64,000 nucleotides of DNA, from contig OZ004607.1 in NCBI GenBank assembly GCA_963924565.1, forward strand, positions 29,636,001 to 29,700,000. The letters run 5' to 3'. The stretch is from Ascidiella aspersa. Lineage: Eukaryota. Below, in pieces: positions 1-43,800 of the stretch. A program made the translations under genes and the position numbers. Below the pieces are notes generated by a model. The model was not told the origin of the DNA, searched no databases, and saw only the letters and a list, made by a program, of their open reading frames with translations. The number at the start of each line of letters is the position of its first letter. Within the stretch, counting starts at the first letter, position 1.

Positions 1-1104
1 GCCTCTATGATTGTGACAAACGGCCTGGACAGTATTTGTTGTCTTTCTCTGCTTGTGATTTGCAATTAATCTATTTCCTATTTCAATAAGTAAGTCTTTG
101 TTAATTTTCTGCAATTATTTTTACGTTGCATTTCAACCGTTTACATAACATTTTTTTCTAAAATAACCATCGTCTTGTTTTCTTTGACATTTTTATAGTT
201 GTTGTAAGTATTTTTTTGAGTTTTGCTTAAACCCGAAAAATATACTGATTTGTGTTGGAAATCATGTGGTTGAAGACGCCAAAACACTAATGCAGTACTT
301 CAAACAAAAATAAGCTATTTAAATCAATGTATTTCTAACCTGGTCTTAGGTGGTACATGAACACTGTGCAAAATCTGAAAATGGTACACGAGAAAAAAAG
401 TTTGGGTATCACTGCTATATAGGCTACATTAGAATATTAGATAACCGATATAGTATTTTGGTATTTTCTGTTACCTTGTCGACTATATAGGGTGATTGTT
501 TAGACATAAACGTATGTTTGGATGAAATGTGTGCCGCGTTTTTTTTTTTGGTTTCTTAGTGTGCCGCAAGCTGAAATGTTTTGTAATCGTTGAATTACTC
601 GGTTAGAAAACATGCGACAACTAGTTTTTAGAGCTTGTCTCTTGACATTTTTAATTGCATATTATTTAATATTGAGTAAAAAAGTGTTGGTTTGCAGTGC
701 ACTCGCAATATAGCTCGAAATACCCCAATCCACTTCGAACGATCAAACAACCCTCAGAAAATCGTGTAAACTTGTATTACTGGGCTGGCTAGACCTATTG
801 ACTGATAACAGCTTGACCCGTAGGCTTTGGGACTTTTACATTGGTTTTGAGGTTTTTTTTTCTGTTTTTACCAGCAGCTGTTTGTAAACATTGATATAAC
901 GTTTAAAAATTGCCGGTGTAACATTCACCACCGTTTGGCACGAGCAACATGTCAATTTCTCACTTATTTAATCGTGGGGTGATATTAACTAATTCCTATA
1001 GTTTTTCTAGCTCCTCAAAACATGTTTTCGCTATTCTTTTTGCAGGACGCAGGACAATGCGATCTAAAGAACCTAAGTTTCATACCGATTATAACGTTCC
1101 TTAC

Positions 1105-2581
1105 CTCGGTGCAGTGAAGCCGACTGATTCATATTTAGACAAAGCAGGCAGGTCTTCGAAGGTCAAGCTCTTTCTGGCTTTGTAAATGGCGTCGCTCAAC
1201 CAAGAAATCGTAATGAACGAGAGCAATCCTGAGTTGTCGATGGGTGCTGAGTGCTTTCTACATTTTAGCGTAGGCTATAAATCCTAAATGACTACCAGTT
1301 AAAGTATAAGGTAATGGCAAAGGGCGGCACGGTTAGGCTAATAATAAAACCTGTCAACTATTCTTCCTTTTTAAATAAACAAAAACGGAGGATGTACCAA
1401 TATATTAAAATCTATTAAAAAGCGCAGAACAAAGGACTCATGATGTATGTTAGGGCATTTTAACGAGCACGAGAAGGGGGTACGTGGACTGGTTTGTGGG
1501 GGTCAATGAATTAAGGGCCCAATTAAAATCTTAGTGCAGTGGTTGGTAACTTTTTTTTCGCTGCCCAAAGTAGGCAACTATTTGTCGAGCTATGGAAGGC
1601 CCACTACGTAAAACTACCACGAAGGAGGCATTAGAATGACGTTAAAAAGCTACGTTATACTACAATTGTTCTTAGAAATACCTGTTTTTCTCGAACGAAC
1701 TCGTGCGCAAATATGAACCTAAAATCCAGCTTAGTTGCGCGTATAGCGAAAAAAAATTAGTTACCTCATAGTTATCAGTCACACGACGCAAGAAATCATA
1801 AAATATCGATTTTGGGCTGAATAGATTTAGGTATAAACCTTATAAAAGTACATAAAAATCCCTACATTTGATTAAAAAATTTTACAAATATGGTTTGACA
1901 GCAGGCACTCTCAGGGCCATGTTTGGCACACTGGCCTGACGCACGCTGAGACAATCTAAATATGTTTAGCCACATTTTGAAATACAGTCTAATCTCTAAT
2001 GATTGTAGGGCCATCACGCGGCCTACAATTACATGCTAACATTAAACTATTCAAAAGTAACTCGCGGCCCACTGAAAATGGTTCTGCAGCCCACAGTTTG
2101 CCGACCACTGCCTTAATGTATGATTTTGAATAAAACGAAACGAATCCAAAACACAATTTGGCATTTCCTTTGAAAGTATGTAGACTCATTTTTAATTTCT
2201 ATTTGCGCATAAATTCGACGGGAAACAGCTAGTACTTGTATCATGACGTCATTCCTGACAAATTTCATGCCGACCCAGGTCCACGAGAAAAAATAGCACA
2301 ACCATGCTGTAACTGCATATTCAGTTTTAAAATGAGTGAGTTCTGTATGCTAGAAGGCCTAGTATTGTGTTACGCTAGACTGTTTTCCTGTCATTTGACT
2401 CAAACAATGAAACATTAAACCATATATTTCTATAGATGTTTTATAATTCTGCAACTTACCTTGTTCGTCTAATCGGTTTCAATGTTTTTAGAACCGGTTT
2501 GTACCTTCCCAATCTGCGGTGTTCCTCATAAGGCGAACAGTCCAATCCAAAATTTTTCCCATATAGCCCTTCCAAATCCAT
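1105..2581 (-). CDS. ABCC5: ABCC5-like (MRP5/ABCC11/12 clade) transporter, paralog A, 5' part only (coding exons 1-2; continues past the left window edge)
   Basis: Exon 1, 2581-2460, reads MDLEGLYGKNFGLDCSPYEEHRRLGRYKPVLKTLKPIRRT(R) and ends AG|gtaagt. Exon 2, 1257-1105, begins tag|A and reads KHSAPIDNSGLLSFITISWLSDAIYKARKSLTFEDLPALSKYESVGFTAP(R)|gtaagg. This is the ABCC lasso/L0 motif P(I/V)DNxxxxSFxTxSW, with the same phase-2 introns as paralogs B and C. Confidence 0.88.
1537..2110. mobile_element. hAT-type MITE in paralog A intron 1
   Basis: Ends CAGTGGTTGGTAAC / GTTTGCCGACCACTG; flanks tcttagtg / ccttaatg (6/8, TA-centred); GGCCC subterminal motifs. Confidence 0.75.
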
Positions 2582-5500
2582 TTTTGCTGTTCAAAGTCCA
2601 GACAAAGATGCCAGTCGGCCGTGTTACAATTAAAATGTGCCGTAATAGTTCCAATTACAAATTATTCCTTGATTTGTAATGTTATTCTTATTTCTAAAGT
2701 TAAAAAACTAGACTGACGAAGGCTATCTTGCAAACAAACGGTACAGTACTTTGGAAATGGCAAAATAATTTAGCCGGAAACAGCAATCGAGTGCTGTTTC
2801 TGACTACGCTGCCCACAATTGCAATGGTAACAGGCTTGTGCCAACAATGTCTCACGTTTCAGTGTGTAACGCACACAACAGTTTAACGATAATTATGACA
2901 ACGTTTTATGAACGAATAAAGTATGATAAATTAAGACTGATCCAAGTTAGGCGACGTTAGTATTTTTCTTATAGGCCAAAAAATAACATATTGTTTTCGT
3001 TATTTTAACAGTTTTATACGCATTTGTCTTTATTCATTCAATTATTCCACATTGCAAAGTAAAAGTTATATAAAGTATAAAGTAATGTAGAAAACTTAAA
3101 ACCAATCATAAGGCCTTAAAGTTGTAATTATTCAACGTGAAATAAAAAATATAATTAATAGGTTTATATTGTTGTTTAAACTTTACCATTTTGTTGGTTG
3201 GTAAGTCTTTAGCACAAAGTACACGAACTTTTACAAAAAAATTAACCAACATACCTGTCTTAACAATATAAATGTTTTCACTAGTTAGCATTCTGATATT
3301 ATAAACCTGATCGATAACTGTGCTGCATAAATATCAAGGTTATCAAGGTGTTCACGGTTCTTTGTGTAGGCCTACTTTTTTATGTTGATTCCAAAAAACG
3401 TATTCATTTTCTATCATCAGGTTCAGTTTTTATAGCAGATTGCATTTAAACCTTTAGGCAAATTTGCCTTTAGGGGTCCTTTAATACAAATTTGTTATGT
3501 CATCAAAAGTGACAAAATTTAATTATGAGTTAATAAAACAATAGTGACATCACAATGAGAAAAAGAGAATGAATGCAAGACATGTTTGAAATTAAACATC
3601 TAAGTAGACTTTCAGCCTAGGTTAGTGCGAGTTTAGGTGATAAGTATTGTATTTTATTTTTAATTAAGCTATGTAAATACTTCAGTGCACTTAATACTTC
3701 ACTCTATGTTAGACAAGTTTATGTTATAACGTATAATACACAGCTTGAATTAAATGACCTTACGCAAAATTTGGCGCTGGTCTACAACCCGCGCAGCTCC
3801 TAGGTTCGCTACTACGTGAGAACAGCCTGCAACCTGCCACACACATCACATATTTTTCTGGTATCAGAAGATGTTTGAGAATTAGTATTAGCTTTAGGCA
3901 TACCCTATATTTCGGCGGGAAAAATGGACCTGATTGAAATAAACTGCTGGTATTTTTGAGTTTAGCATATATAATTGATTTAGAAACAGCTAAAACATCT
4001 TTGACCTTCCATAAAAAAAAATTCCAACGCAGCACAGTGAATAATTGCTCTGTATTTGACACACTGGCACTGCATTAATGTTTGGGTCGACGTTTGTAAT
4101 AACTCGCGTTTCCGTGTGATGAGTTGCTTATTGAAGAAATTAGCACGAACGTATGTCACGATTCTTTAACTGTTTTGGTGCAATACGTGTCTGCTTCGAA
4201 AACCTATTTCTAAAACCTGAAATGCTATGTCATAAACGTGCTGTACCATTTTGTAGGCTAAAACATTACTTATTTTGCAACGACATTACATTTACAATAA
4301 ATTGAAAATAATTTACATTACAATAAATTGAAAATAATTTAAAGTGTCCCAATTTGCTGACGACACTACAGTATTTCTATCGGGTTGTGATCAGATTTTA
4401 CAAGTCTTTCGGATAATCGAAGACTTCGGCGAAATTTAAAGCTGCAAAGTAAACATGTCCATTGTCCAAATCAAATGCGTTTTTTATTGGCACAAATCGT
4501 AAAAACAGTCATAAACCCATGCAAAGTGGTCTTCTGTAGCCATCAGGCACTATCAATTAGTTAGGCGTGGAGATTCCCACTAGCCCGAGTAACGACGCCG
4601 ATTTAATTAAAAACAAACAAAAAAACTTCACTAGCACAATTGCTGAAAACATTTCAAATAGTATTAAATATCTGGTCCGCAAGGGGTCTGTCGCTCCTCA
4701 GAAAAACAACAGTTATCAAGACCCTTATGATCCCTGTTTGAACCTTTAAAATCAGTGTTGGACCAGTTACTATCCCAAATGCTAATTATTTCCAAAGTTA
4801 AACGAACCCTCTTTACATTCTTATGGCCAAATGGGAGAGGGTGAAAAGAGAGACTTTGAGTGCAAATATTGCAAAGTGCACTTCTGCCTTGGAAAAGCAT
4901 ATATCGCAACCTGTTCAAATCAACACTCAAAAACAAACTAAGAAGATTCCAGATTAAGTTCAGCTGTGGCGTAATTATAACAAATGATTCACTTTATTCG
5001 TTCGGTAAAGTAGAATCGAACGTGTGTACCTTCTTTCAAAATGGCAACGAAAACCGTATACCCACCTGTTTCATTTGTGGTCCCATGACGTGTTTATACT
5101 GGGAAAACGTCAGCGCGTGGTTAAGTGTGAAACGAATATCATTTATTTTTTAACCTGAGCAATAACTCTTTGAAGTTCACAAATATGAACCGTGCAAAAC
5201 AATTGTGAATTGTGTACTTCTATGTGCAAGGTATGTCATCTATCAATGTAAATATGCCGAAAGTGCTCCGACTATGTTACGCTTTTTGGCGATGTTATCT
5301 TCTGTGCGAACTTCCGAGCAATATTCGGCTTTAAAAAAGGAAGTATGGCGATACACAAAAGTTAATGGTCGTTAGCTGTTTAAGAGCTTTTCTATTATAA
5401 TTTGTTTTCCTTGGGCATTTTTCTTATAAATATACATCATGCAAGCCTCGCCGCGAAAAATCTTTTTAAAAAATTTACCGTTACTTTGAAAAATGTGCTT

Positions 5501-5686
5501 TTTGCTTGCGCGTTTTAATTTATAATCCAGCCGCATATCAATTTATTGCACCAATTAAAATGCCAACAAAAGCTATCGTGAAACCGCGCGCATTGCGCAA
5601 GCGGATATTATAAGCTACTTTTAGAGTGTTTTTTAACGTCTTTATAAGATTTGAGATCTAATATCGTGTGCCTAATACGATCAAAG

Positions 5687-6241
5687 CATGGAGTTTGACT
5701 TGTCCGGTTTAGGTTCGTTTCGGGTCAAGGTTTTTTTTAATCCGATTGAGTTCCGTTTCAGAGCAGTTTAGATTTTGCGGTTCAGCTCCGATTCGACCAA
5801 ATTTATATCCGATTTAAAAGATTCCGGTTCGAATAAAATATGACATGCGTTACACCTAGAATGCGTTAATAAAAGTAGAGGCTAATAATTATAGAATTGT
5901 AGCTCGCACTTTATCTAAGTTTCGTGACGTAAAACATACGCAGTTCATTAAAACACAAGCAGTTCATTATTTAAATATATGAAAAATTAAAAAACACGTT
6001 TCATTTATTGAATACTCTTTATTTTCATAAAATTTCGAACATGACATAATTTGACAAGTTGTGACGTCGTGCGGGAGTGAACCGCTTTATTGACAGATTC
6101 GGGTTCGGTTAAAGTTCTTTCAAACTTTTTTTTTTAAATCTTACAGAAAACGGTTAAAGTTGGGTTACGTTTCGAAAAAAATATATATACAACCTAAAAC
6201 CAGTTCATAAAGTTCCGGTTAGAAATCGGTTCGACTCCCTG
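5687..6241. mobile_element. hAT-like MITE with GGTTC/GAACC subterminal repeats
   Basis: Ends CATGGAGTTTGAC / GTTCGACTCCCTG; flanks gatcaaag / gattaaac. A related inverted partial copy lies at ~38030-38294. Confidence 0.7.
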
Positions 6242-6530
6242 GATTAAACATTTGCAAAGATTTTTCCGATTAAATGTTGGCTAAGAAATTGATTGTACTT
6301 AAACGGAAACTTGATTTGCTTTCCATTAGAAAAAAAACTTTTCCATTGTGTTCAACAACTGAACTTTGGTAATATAAATATATGTACAATTATATACAAA
6401 TCTACAATTCGTACACTTAGAGTCGAACAACTGGTTGGTCCGTTATTTAGGCTATCTAAATTTTCTATGTTTAAGGTGGTTTAAACTTTAAAGGCTCTCT
6501 TCTGCACCAAATAAATATAAATTAAAGATA

Positions 6531-6536
6531 TTTATT
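6531..6536 (-). other. Candidate polyadenylation signal of paralog B
   Basis: AATAAA on the - strand ~460 nt downstream of the stop codon. The hexamer is common in AT-rich DNA. Confidence 0.3.
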
Positions 6537-6996
6537 AGCGAATAAAGAAATTAAAACAAAAATTGAAGTTGGCGTGAAACAAACACTGCACGGAAAATTA
6601 ATAACTGCCACAGTTTGATTAAATAAAATTAAAGAAACAAACTAAAAAATATGGCGAGACTAGGAATAAATAGGTTGGCGGTGAAATAATCTTCCAGAGG
6701 TTTATGGTGAGCGTCCTAACGTTCTCATTCATCGTAGGTGTCTATATAAACCGACACAAAAGACAAAAAAAAATTTAGGCTTGTCAAATAACGAATTAAC
6801 AAAGTTGCTAGTTATATGTTTAACAACCATGAACTATACAAAAGAAAGGCGATTGGACTTTTAGCACTTCTTAAAGGTGTCGCTGTGTCACGTAAAAGTA
6901 AGAAACCTCGCGAAGCACAACTTGAAAACTCGGGGAAACCGCGTCACGCCTTATCACAATCGCGCCACACACGGGCAAGCTGAAAACCACTCCACT

Positions 6997-36326
<29,330 letters not shown>

Positions 36327-38029
36327 TCTGAATCAGTTGGTATTTCTATTTTAAAACAACCCTTTGTTGCTGGTTTCTACAAACAAGCGTAGGACGGTGG
36401 CAATACTGGGTTACTTGATCTGTTAAATTTGATTACGTTTTGCTAGTTACGTAAAAACAGTAAGCATTTTTGCTTCATCTCGATCATTTAGCTTCCTCTC
36501 GTTCATGACCTTTTAATAAACAACCCCTCGCCTAAATTGACAGATGTTTCCACTTACTATATTACCACAGGGTCAATATACGTTTCAATTCAACTCAATA
36601 TACGTTTCAATTACCCTGTTGCAAGACTTTTATAGCGCAGGCCTACCGTATGCTTTAAAACGAAACATTTTTCCTGAAATTCACTTAAAGACATCAAATT
36701 CGTTAAAAGCGCTACAGGCGGAAATTTTAAATTTATGTATCCTTTGAATACAGCCAAGAGAATGTATAATGTACGGCAGCAGAAAAAAATTTACAATGTG
36801 AAACGTTAAAATTCACAAATGCATGCGACATAAGAGCTATTCTTGTACGACCTGAAAGCCATCGCGTATCACTAGTACCCTAGTACGCGTAAAGCAGGTT
36901 AAAAACAATCGCTTTAGTTAGTTTGACTAACCGTTTTTCGAATGCTACAACTTCAATACTCTCAGATCAGAAATCAAACTAGGTCGCGCGAAAAGGCGCA
37001 TATGCCACATTGCCGCTCATAAACGCATGATAGAGCTTGCCAGGAAGTGACCGACAGTTATAAGGCTACCGTGGCGCTTTCGAAAAAGAAACGCAAACCA
37101 TGACTCGGCTGACATCGGCGTGACTTGGCTTACCAGTGGTTAGGTCAGCCGAGGTAATTATTGACTATTCGTCAGCTCGGACCGTTCAAACTTGCCCCGA
37201 TACATTCCTGAACCTCAATGCAAACAACAAATTAAGGCGATCGCTGACAAAATGCACCAATGCAAAAGGAAGTGATGTTCCTAATGCGAGGTAACCAGCA
37301 GGCTATGGCAACATAAAGTCAAAATATTTGCCTCAGCTTAACGATGTCCATACATAAATTAAAGCTATTGACGCTTGTATGTGAGCTAAGAATTGTATAT
37401 AACACTTCTATAAACTACCTGCAATTCCTTACTACCAATTGCATAAATTGGAAATAAGCATGTAACTGGCCCAATTTTTCCTAATTTTCTGTTTTATCTC
37501 TTACAAATTTCTCTTTGTGCCCCATATTGCCACGTCCCTTGAAACAAAATTATTTGTTAAACGATAATCAATTAGGTTTCAGGGATTGTTCAAATTAAAT
37601 CAATATTATAGATTCGTTATCCACATGTCCGCTATCAGATTCACTCACTATTGTTGTGAAAAAGTTTTTGATTAAATAACGTTTGATATCGCTTTGTGCG
37701 TTTTGAATAACGCATATTGACATAAAGCGTTAAGTGAATCTCAATTAATCTATGAATTTTTGTCAAAGGCGCGTTCCAAGAAACGGATTAATAGCGTCAC
37801 CTTGAGACAAATTATTGATATTGAATTAAAATGCCAAGTTGCAATATAAACCAGGCATTTTAGGGATAGCATAACACAAAAAACAATCTCTCAGAACAAA
37901 ATTTTTGCGCAGTCACGAAAAGGTCAAAAACCAACAGCTAAGTACCGTATGTAAGCTACCTATTTTAGTTTGTATATAAAATGTTGCTTTTCAATTGTTG
38001 AGATATTTTAGAAGTGAGCTGCTAGCTTT

Positions 38030-38294
38030 GTAATACGTCACGAAACTTAGATTTTATACGAATTACAAGTCAATAGTTATTCTCTAAATTTATTGATCAC
38101 ATTTTTAGATTTAACGCAACTTCTATTGTATCCATACCGAAACTTTATAAACCGGTTTTGAAAAAACAATGGTCCAACCGGAGATGAACCGGAATTTTTG
38201 ATTTGCTCTGAACTGATACCGGAACTGAGCCGTATCCCAAAAAATCCTTTAACCCAAACCGAACCTGATCCGGGAAAGTCGGTTCGACTCCCTG
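38030..38294. mobile_element. Partial copy of the 5687-6241 MITE family
   Basis: Ends in GGTTCGACTCCCTG, carries the same GAACC/CCGG repeats, and resembles 5687-5935 in reverse complement. Confidence 0.6.
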
Positions 38295-39190
38295 ATTCAA
38301 TGTCGGTAAACATAAGATAAAAACAAAATTAGTTTTAAACTGGGAATTTCCCTTACACTCTGGCAATATCAAAGTCTCTATAGAAAGGGAACTTTGGGCA
38401 ATCTGTTTGAACACCTATTTACGTCAATTTTTCATGGATTGCAGTTATGTTACATATTTATCAACTGTAGGCCAACATATTTTGATGTAATTTTACTATG
38501 TTATTATTTTGTGCATTTTGGTTAGCATAGTAGTTGTCAAACTTGCATCATTTTAAGTTAAGGTTGTAAAAGTTATAACGTCACGGATGGTTTATCATTA
38601 CAGTTTTGACGTATAGTAAATAAATTTTCTAGCCAAAGAAAAATTTAAAATAAAAACCAGACAAGTAAGATAAGTGCATTCTGATTTGTCTCAATATACA
38701 GATTCGCTAATTATTCTTAAAAAATTTATTTCCTAATTATTTCCTTATGTCGTGTCGGACAATTAAGCGCTGGAATGTTTTAGACGTACCAAACTTCGGC
38801 GCTGGTCTAAAACAATATTTTTTACAATACCGAAACGAGATGTCAAAAATGAAATTGCAAGAAAGAAATAACAAATAAATATGATAGAGACCCTAATATT
38901 TTGTTTAATGTCAGACTAACAGTCACGTTTTTTTTTCCTTGAATCAATTCAGGCAAAAAAGACAGTTTGTTCTCCTTGTTTTCAGTATGACAGCATCTTG
39001 AAGGTTAACACATGATGAATTAGATAAGACAAATATTGATTTTTTTCAATTTTGTTGGGAAACTTCTATATGAATATCAGTATTTGGTATATTGTTATTA
39101 AAAGACGATTTGCTGTTTGTTGTGTTCATTTAATTGTTTTATGTTTTGTATAGATTATCTCAACAAGATTATCACTTAATATTTACAAAA

Positions 39191-40812
39191 ATGTTAGACT
39201 TCTTTGCTATTTTTAGTAAAGGTGGCTTTGTTCTTTGGTGCTACACATTTCAAGGTGTCAAAACAAATTTCACAGAACCAATCAATGCTTTCATTAGAAG
39301 CGTTATTTTGCAGGTAAATTGTCAATTATTCAAGCTAGTACACTTAATCACTTTTAATGTGGCATGAATATTAATATCATTAACACCAATCTGTAATAAT
39401 ATTTAAGTTAAACAATTGATTTACTTTTTGTAGTATTTAATCAAAAGGTTTATTATTAAAACGACAAATATCTACATATCTCCACACCCAACACCAAACC
39501 ATAAATATGTAATACCAATGCCTTTATTAATTTTATGTTTGATATTCTATAAATCCTTCCACGTATATATTTTTAATGAAGTTTCGTCTTACAGGAAAAA
39601 ACAGGGTCAGCAAATTTTACCCATGGTTCTCTCCAAATGAAATATCGCCTTGACAATGAATTTGAGTTGATTTTTGTGGTATGTTTGAAATTATGAAATC
39701 TCCTTAAAGCATAACTGCATAAGTTAAAGCTCTTATTTAGCAATATTTCCTTGTATTAATTTAATTGTCTATATAACACTTAAGGACATATTTTTATTTA
39801 ATTACAGTTTCTCATTGATTCTACATAAAAGAAAAACATTTCAAATATGCCATTTTATTTCTTCAGATACTATAGTTATAGATTTAAAAAAAATGATCCT
39901 CCACTCAGTACCAAATTTATTAGGTGTATCGTAACTGTTATTTGTTTACTTCTTTTCTTAGGTTGGCTATCAGACAATCTTGTCTCTGTCATACATTGAC
40001 AAATTTGTCAGCGACGTTCATCGTGTTTTTCGCGACAAGTATCGTCAGCAGTTGCTGGATGGCACCTCAAAACTGCTTACTACGGACTTTGATTGCAATG
40101 ACGAGTTCAAACAGCTGCTCAGGTAAACTCTAGATATATATAGAACCATATATCTGTTTTCGTATAACATTGGACGATATTTCGCTTTCACCAATTTAGC
40201 AGTTTTTATAAATTCTTATAAATAGTTTGGCAAATATTCACTCTAAAATATTATATAGGTTTTTCTGAAAAACAAACAAACTTTTTTTTTTTAACAAAAC
40301 TTTTGTTTAGCATTATGTAAAATTAAAATGCGAATTAGGAGTTTAATAAATATAGTTAGATAAACTGAAACATCAATTCGATTTTGTTTTAAATTAATTC
40401 AAATTTATACCATATATATTTAAACAGGTGAAAGAAATTGTAATTGATTCACATAACCTTGATAAAAATGCAAAAATAATATCTGTTCAAACTTTCAAAT
40501 GTGAAAGACTTTTACTAATAAATAATGCTTTCCATGAGTTCTGGCCATTCTAGCAGATACTACTAACAATGTGTCTATGTTTTAAAGGAGTGCTGAAGAA
40601 TCGGTGGCAAAACCAAAGGTTATGAAGACTTACCGTGACTCCGAAAAGTCTAAAAAGACAGTCAAGTCATTGCATGTTGTTAAAAATGATGCAGAACCGG
40701 AGGCTAACAAAAAAAGCGTTCCAGAGAAAGTAACTTCAAATGGTATGTAGTATACTAGTGGATATGTTAAAATAGAAGCAAAACTAAATTAAACTAAATT
40801 GAAAATACGACT

Positions 40813-40851
<39 letters not shown>

Positions 40852-43800
40852 TTGACAAGAAAAGATGCGTGAGGGTGGGTCAAGCGGTATTATTAATAAT
40901 AAACATAGTAATACTATATATATATATATATATATATATACTTGACAAGAAAAGATTGAATAGGTAAAAAATACAAATATTTTAGCTTTGGCGGTAAAAT
41001 TTGGCTTATGGTGTGATGTGTGTTTCAATGTTAAGTTTCATTGAATTAAACTGAAAATAGGGCAAATATAAAACTGGTGTCTAGGTTTATGTCTTAAGCT
41101 TGTGGTCACCAGCAGAGAACAAAGCAAAGATTTATGATTAACAAATACGTCTATTTTTTTAGTTTTTTTCTGCATAAACATGCTGTAAATTGTCCTATTT
41201 TTATAAAGGTGTTAATGAAAAAGTCAACGTGACTGGCTCCCCAAAGTCAGGCAAAAATGAGGAATCACCAGATGTTGCCCGTCGCAGGGAAATGTTTATT
41301 CAAAAGCAAAAGTTAGGAGGGAAAAAAGGTTCTCCTGCTGGGTAAGTGTTAGTTATTTATACATCCTAGGTGTTTTTTATATAGAGCAGGGGTGGGCAAA
41401 CTGCCGCTTGCCGGCATGTTTTTTGTGGCTCTTCTATTCGAATCGTAAAATCCCACAAAAATGTAAAGGCTACCAAGATACCGTTTATGAACGTTATCTC
41501 TTTTTCTTTTCTTATTTAGGGCAGCATTTCGTTTATGACGTAACACTAGACATAGAATCCGAAGAGTTCATTTACAAAACACTAATATCATAAATATCGT
41601 GTTAATTATTTCTGTTCTAAGTTATATTACAACTCTGTTAATGTTTGCTAATATATATTGCTTATTTACCGTTTTTGTATTGAAATAAGTTTGAGGCTCT
41701 CTGGTACTTGTATTTTCTTCAAATGGCTTTTCCATTTAATACCTTTGCCCACCCCTGATATAGAGCAACTGCATTTTAGAGTATTTTCTTTCTCCTTATT
41801 GTGAATGTCGCCTTTGTCACTTTTACTAAAATATTGGGTTTTATACCAAAAGTTGATATTTTGTTTTGCGTATGAAGTCTGCCAGTTTTTCTAAGCCTTT
41901 AAAACGCACATGCATAATTATTGTATTTACCTTGTAAAGGATTTCTGCTGACAAAACATGTTGTGTTTACAGAATTAGTGAAAAGTAGAATAAGTACTGC
42001 TCAATATCACTCTGTTATGTATAACCTGAATTTTACAATTTGATTCAAATTTGCATATATATGTACATTGTGGATTTTTTTCAAAAGAATCCCATTATAA
42101 TAGGTTTTGTGTAGATTTCAATTTGCACTGCCAGCCAAGTTTGTCTGTCAGAATCAAACATTTGTAAAAACAGTGCTTGGTGATCCAACATGCAACTGAT
42201 CAATTCATAAGATCATTTTATTGCTATTTGTGTTTTAGTGGCAAGGCTGGTTTGGCCAAAAAAGAAAAGGACAAGTCCAAGAGTGCCCGAGTTTGGGACA
42301 AAGGTGGCACCGCCAAAGAGGCTGGAAACCTGGATTACAGCTCTGCCCAGCAGAACGGACACGATGTCAACATTGAACCAGTGACCAAAGAACAGGTAAA
42401 GTGAATAAGCAACTAACACATTTGACCTCTCTATCCATTTTCTGGCGTTTTCAAAACTATGCATGACGCCATACTGCATAAGCTTCTTTACCAAGCCAAC
42501 ATGTTTCGTTAACCGGGAGGTTAAAGTGTTTTGTAATCTGCTTGCACGTAGCCTGGATTGTAAAATTTTTATCAGGAGGTGTAATTGTTGCTAAACACTT
42601 TTTATTTCTTTTGGCCCTGAAAGCTTCATAAAGTTGTTTCAAATCATTGTTTACTTTTAGGAAACTCATTACATTGTGTGGTGTTCTTATTACAATTTTT
42701 TTTTCGATTTATAAATGTTGCTATACCTTCATTTATAGCAAGCATGGGTCAACAACTCTCGCAACATTCAGGCTCTTGAGGTAGAGGAAGTCCATGCAGA
42801 AGTTCCGGAAAATTTGGGATCCAGCACGGACAAGTATATAAATATGCAATTTATAAACCTATAAGTAACACAAACTAAAACCTTATAAAAAAATGGAAAT
42901 AAACTATAAACGATTTGTTTGTCAAGATATCGGTTTAAAAACTTTGCCCATGGCGGAAACACCTTTCACAATGTTTATTTTGAGGTTTTACAATAAGGAC
43001 GTTGATTTTGACCTAACTTTGCAATAATCTTTTTAAAGGTTAATGGAATGTTGGACATTGATAACCGTGGTTAAACAGCGTGCTTGTTATTCCTATAACA
43101 CATCACTTTATTGACCTTACGGTGAACGTATGCAATTAAAAAACAGTTTGTTTACTTAAGACTCACACACAGTAAAACACTTTTAAAGCCTTATCAACGA
43201 ATGACGGCGGCGAAACATATGTGGCGCTTCTCAGCCGTATAAGCGAGCCCTGACAATGCGATTCTCCTTTCCACAGGAAATCCTCTGGCGGTTTATTTGG
43301 CATGTTCCGAAGCCTGGTCGGCTCCAAGCCGCTAACCAAAGAAGCGTTGGAGCCCGTTCTGAACACCATGATGGACCATCTGATCGGTTAGTTGCATTAG
43401 CAAATCTATATAACATAAATAAACATGCACAAAAAAAATATATGATTTAAAGTATCTGTTACCTTTTGTTTTATACATTTTAACGTTTAAATGCCTCGTT
43501 TTTAGGTTAATAGGGAGTTTTTTACAGTAAAACAAGTCACATTTACTTTTTGTCATCTGTTGCGCATAATTGTTTCTTATCTCTTTAAAAATCTGTGTAC
43601 ACACTTGTAAGGTAATGAGTTTAACGTAAGTCCCTCTTATAGAAAACTATTACATGAAAATATTTTCGTCGGAATTCAACCATTGCTAAATTTGATTGAC
43701 AGGCAAGAATGTGGCTGCTGACATTGCCTCGAAAATGTGCGATTCTGTTTCCACGAAGCTCGAAGGAAAAGTGCTGGGCACATTTAACAGTAAGTTATCC

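Noticed and set aside
4285-4342. ~29-bp AT-rich tandem duplication (similar ones at ~18325-18430 and ~29575-29622)
   Set aside because: Ordinary slippage duplications with no further structure.
36980-37060. E2F-like (TCGCGCGAAA) and ETS-like (CAGGAAGT) motifs in the divergent B/SRPRA intergenic region
   Set aside because: Short motifs with no TSS or conservation evidence; a promoter cannot be called from them.
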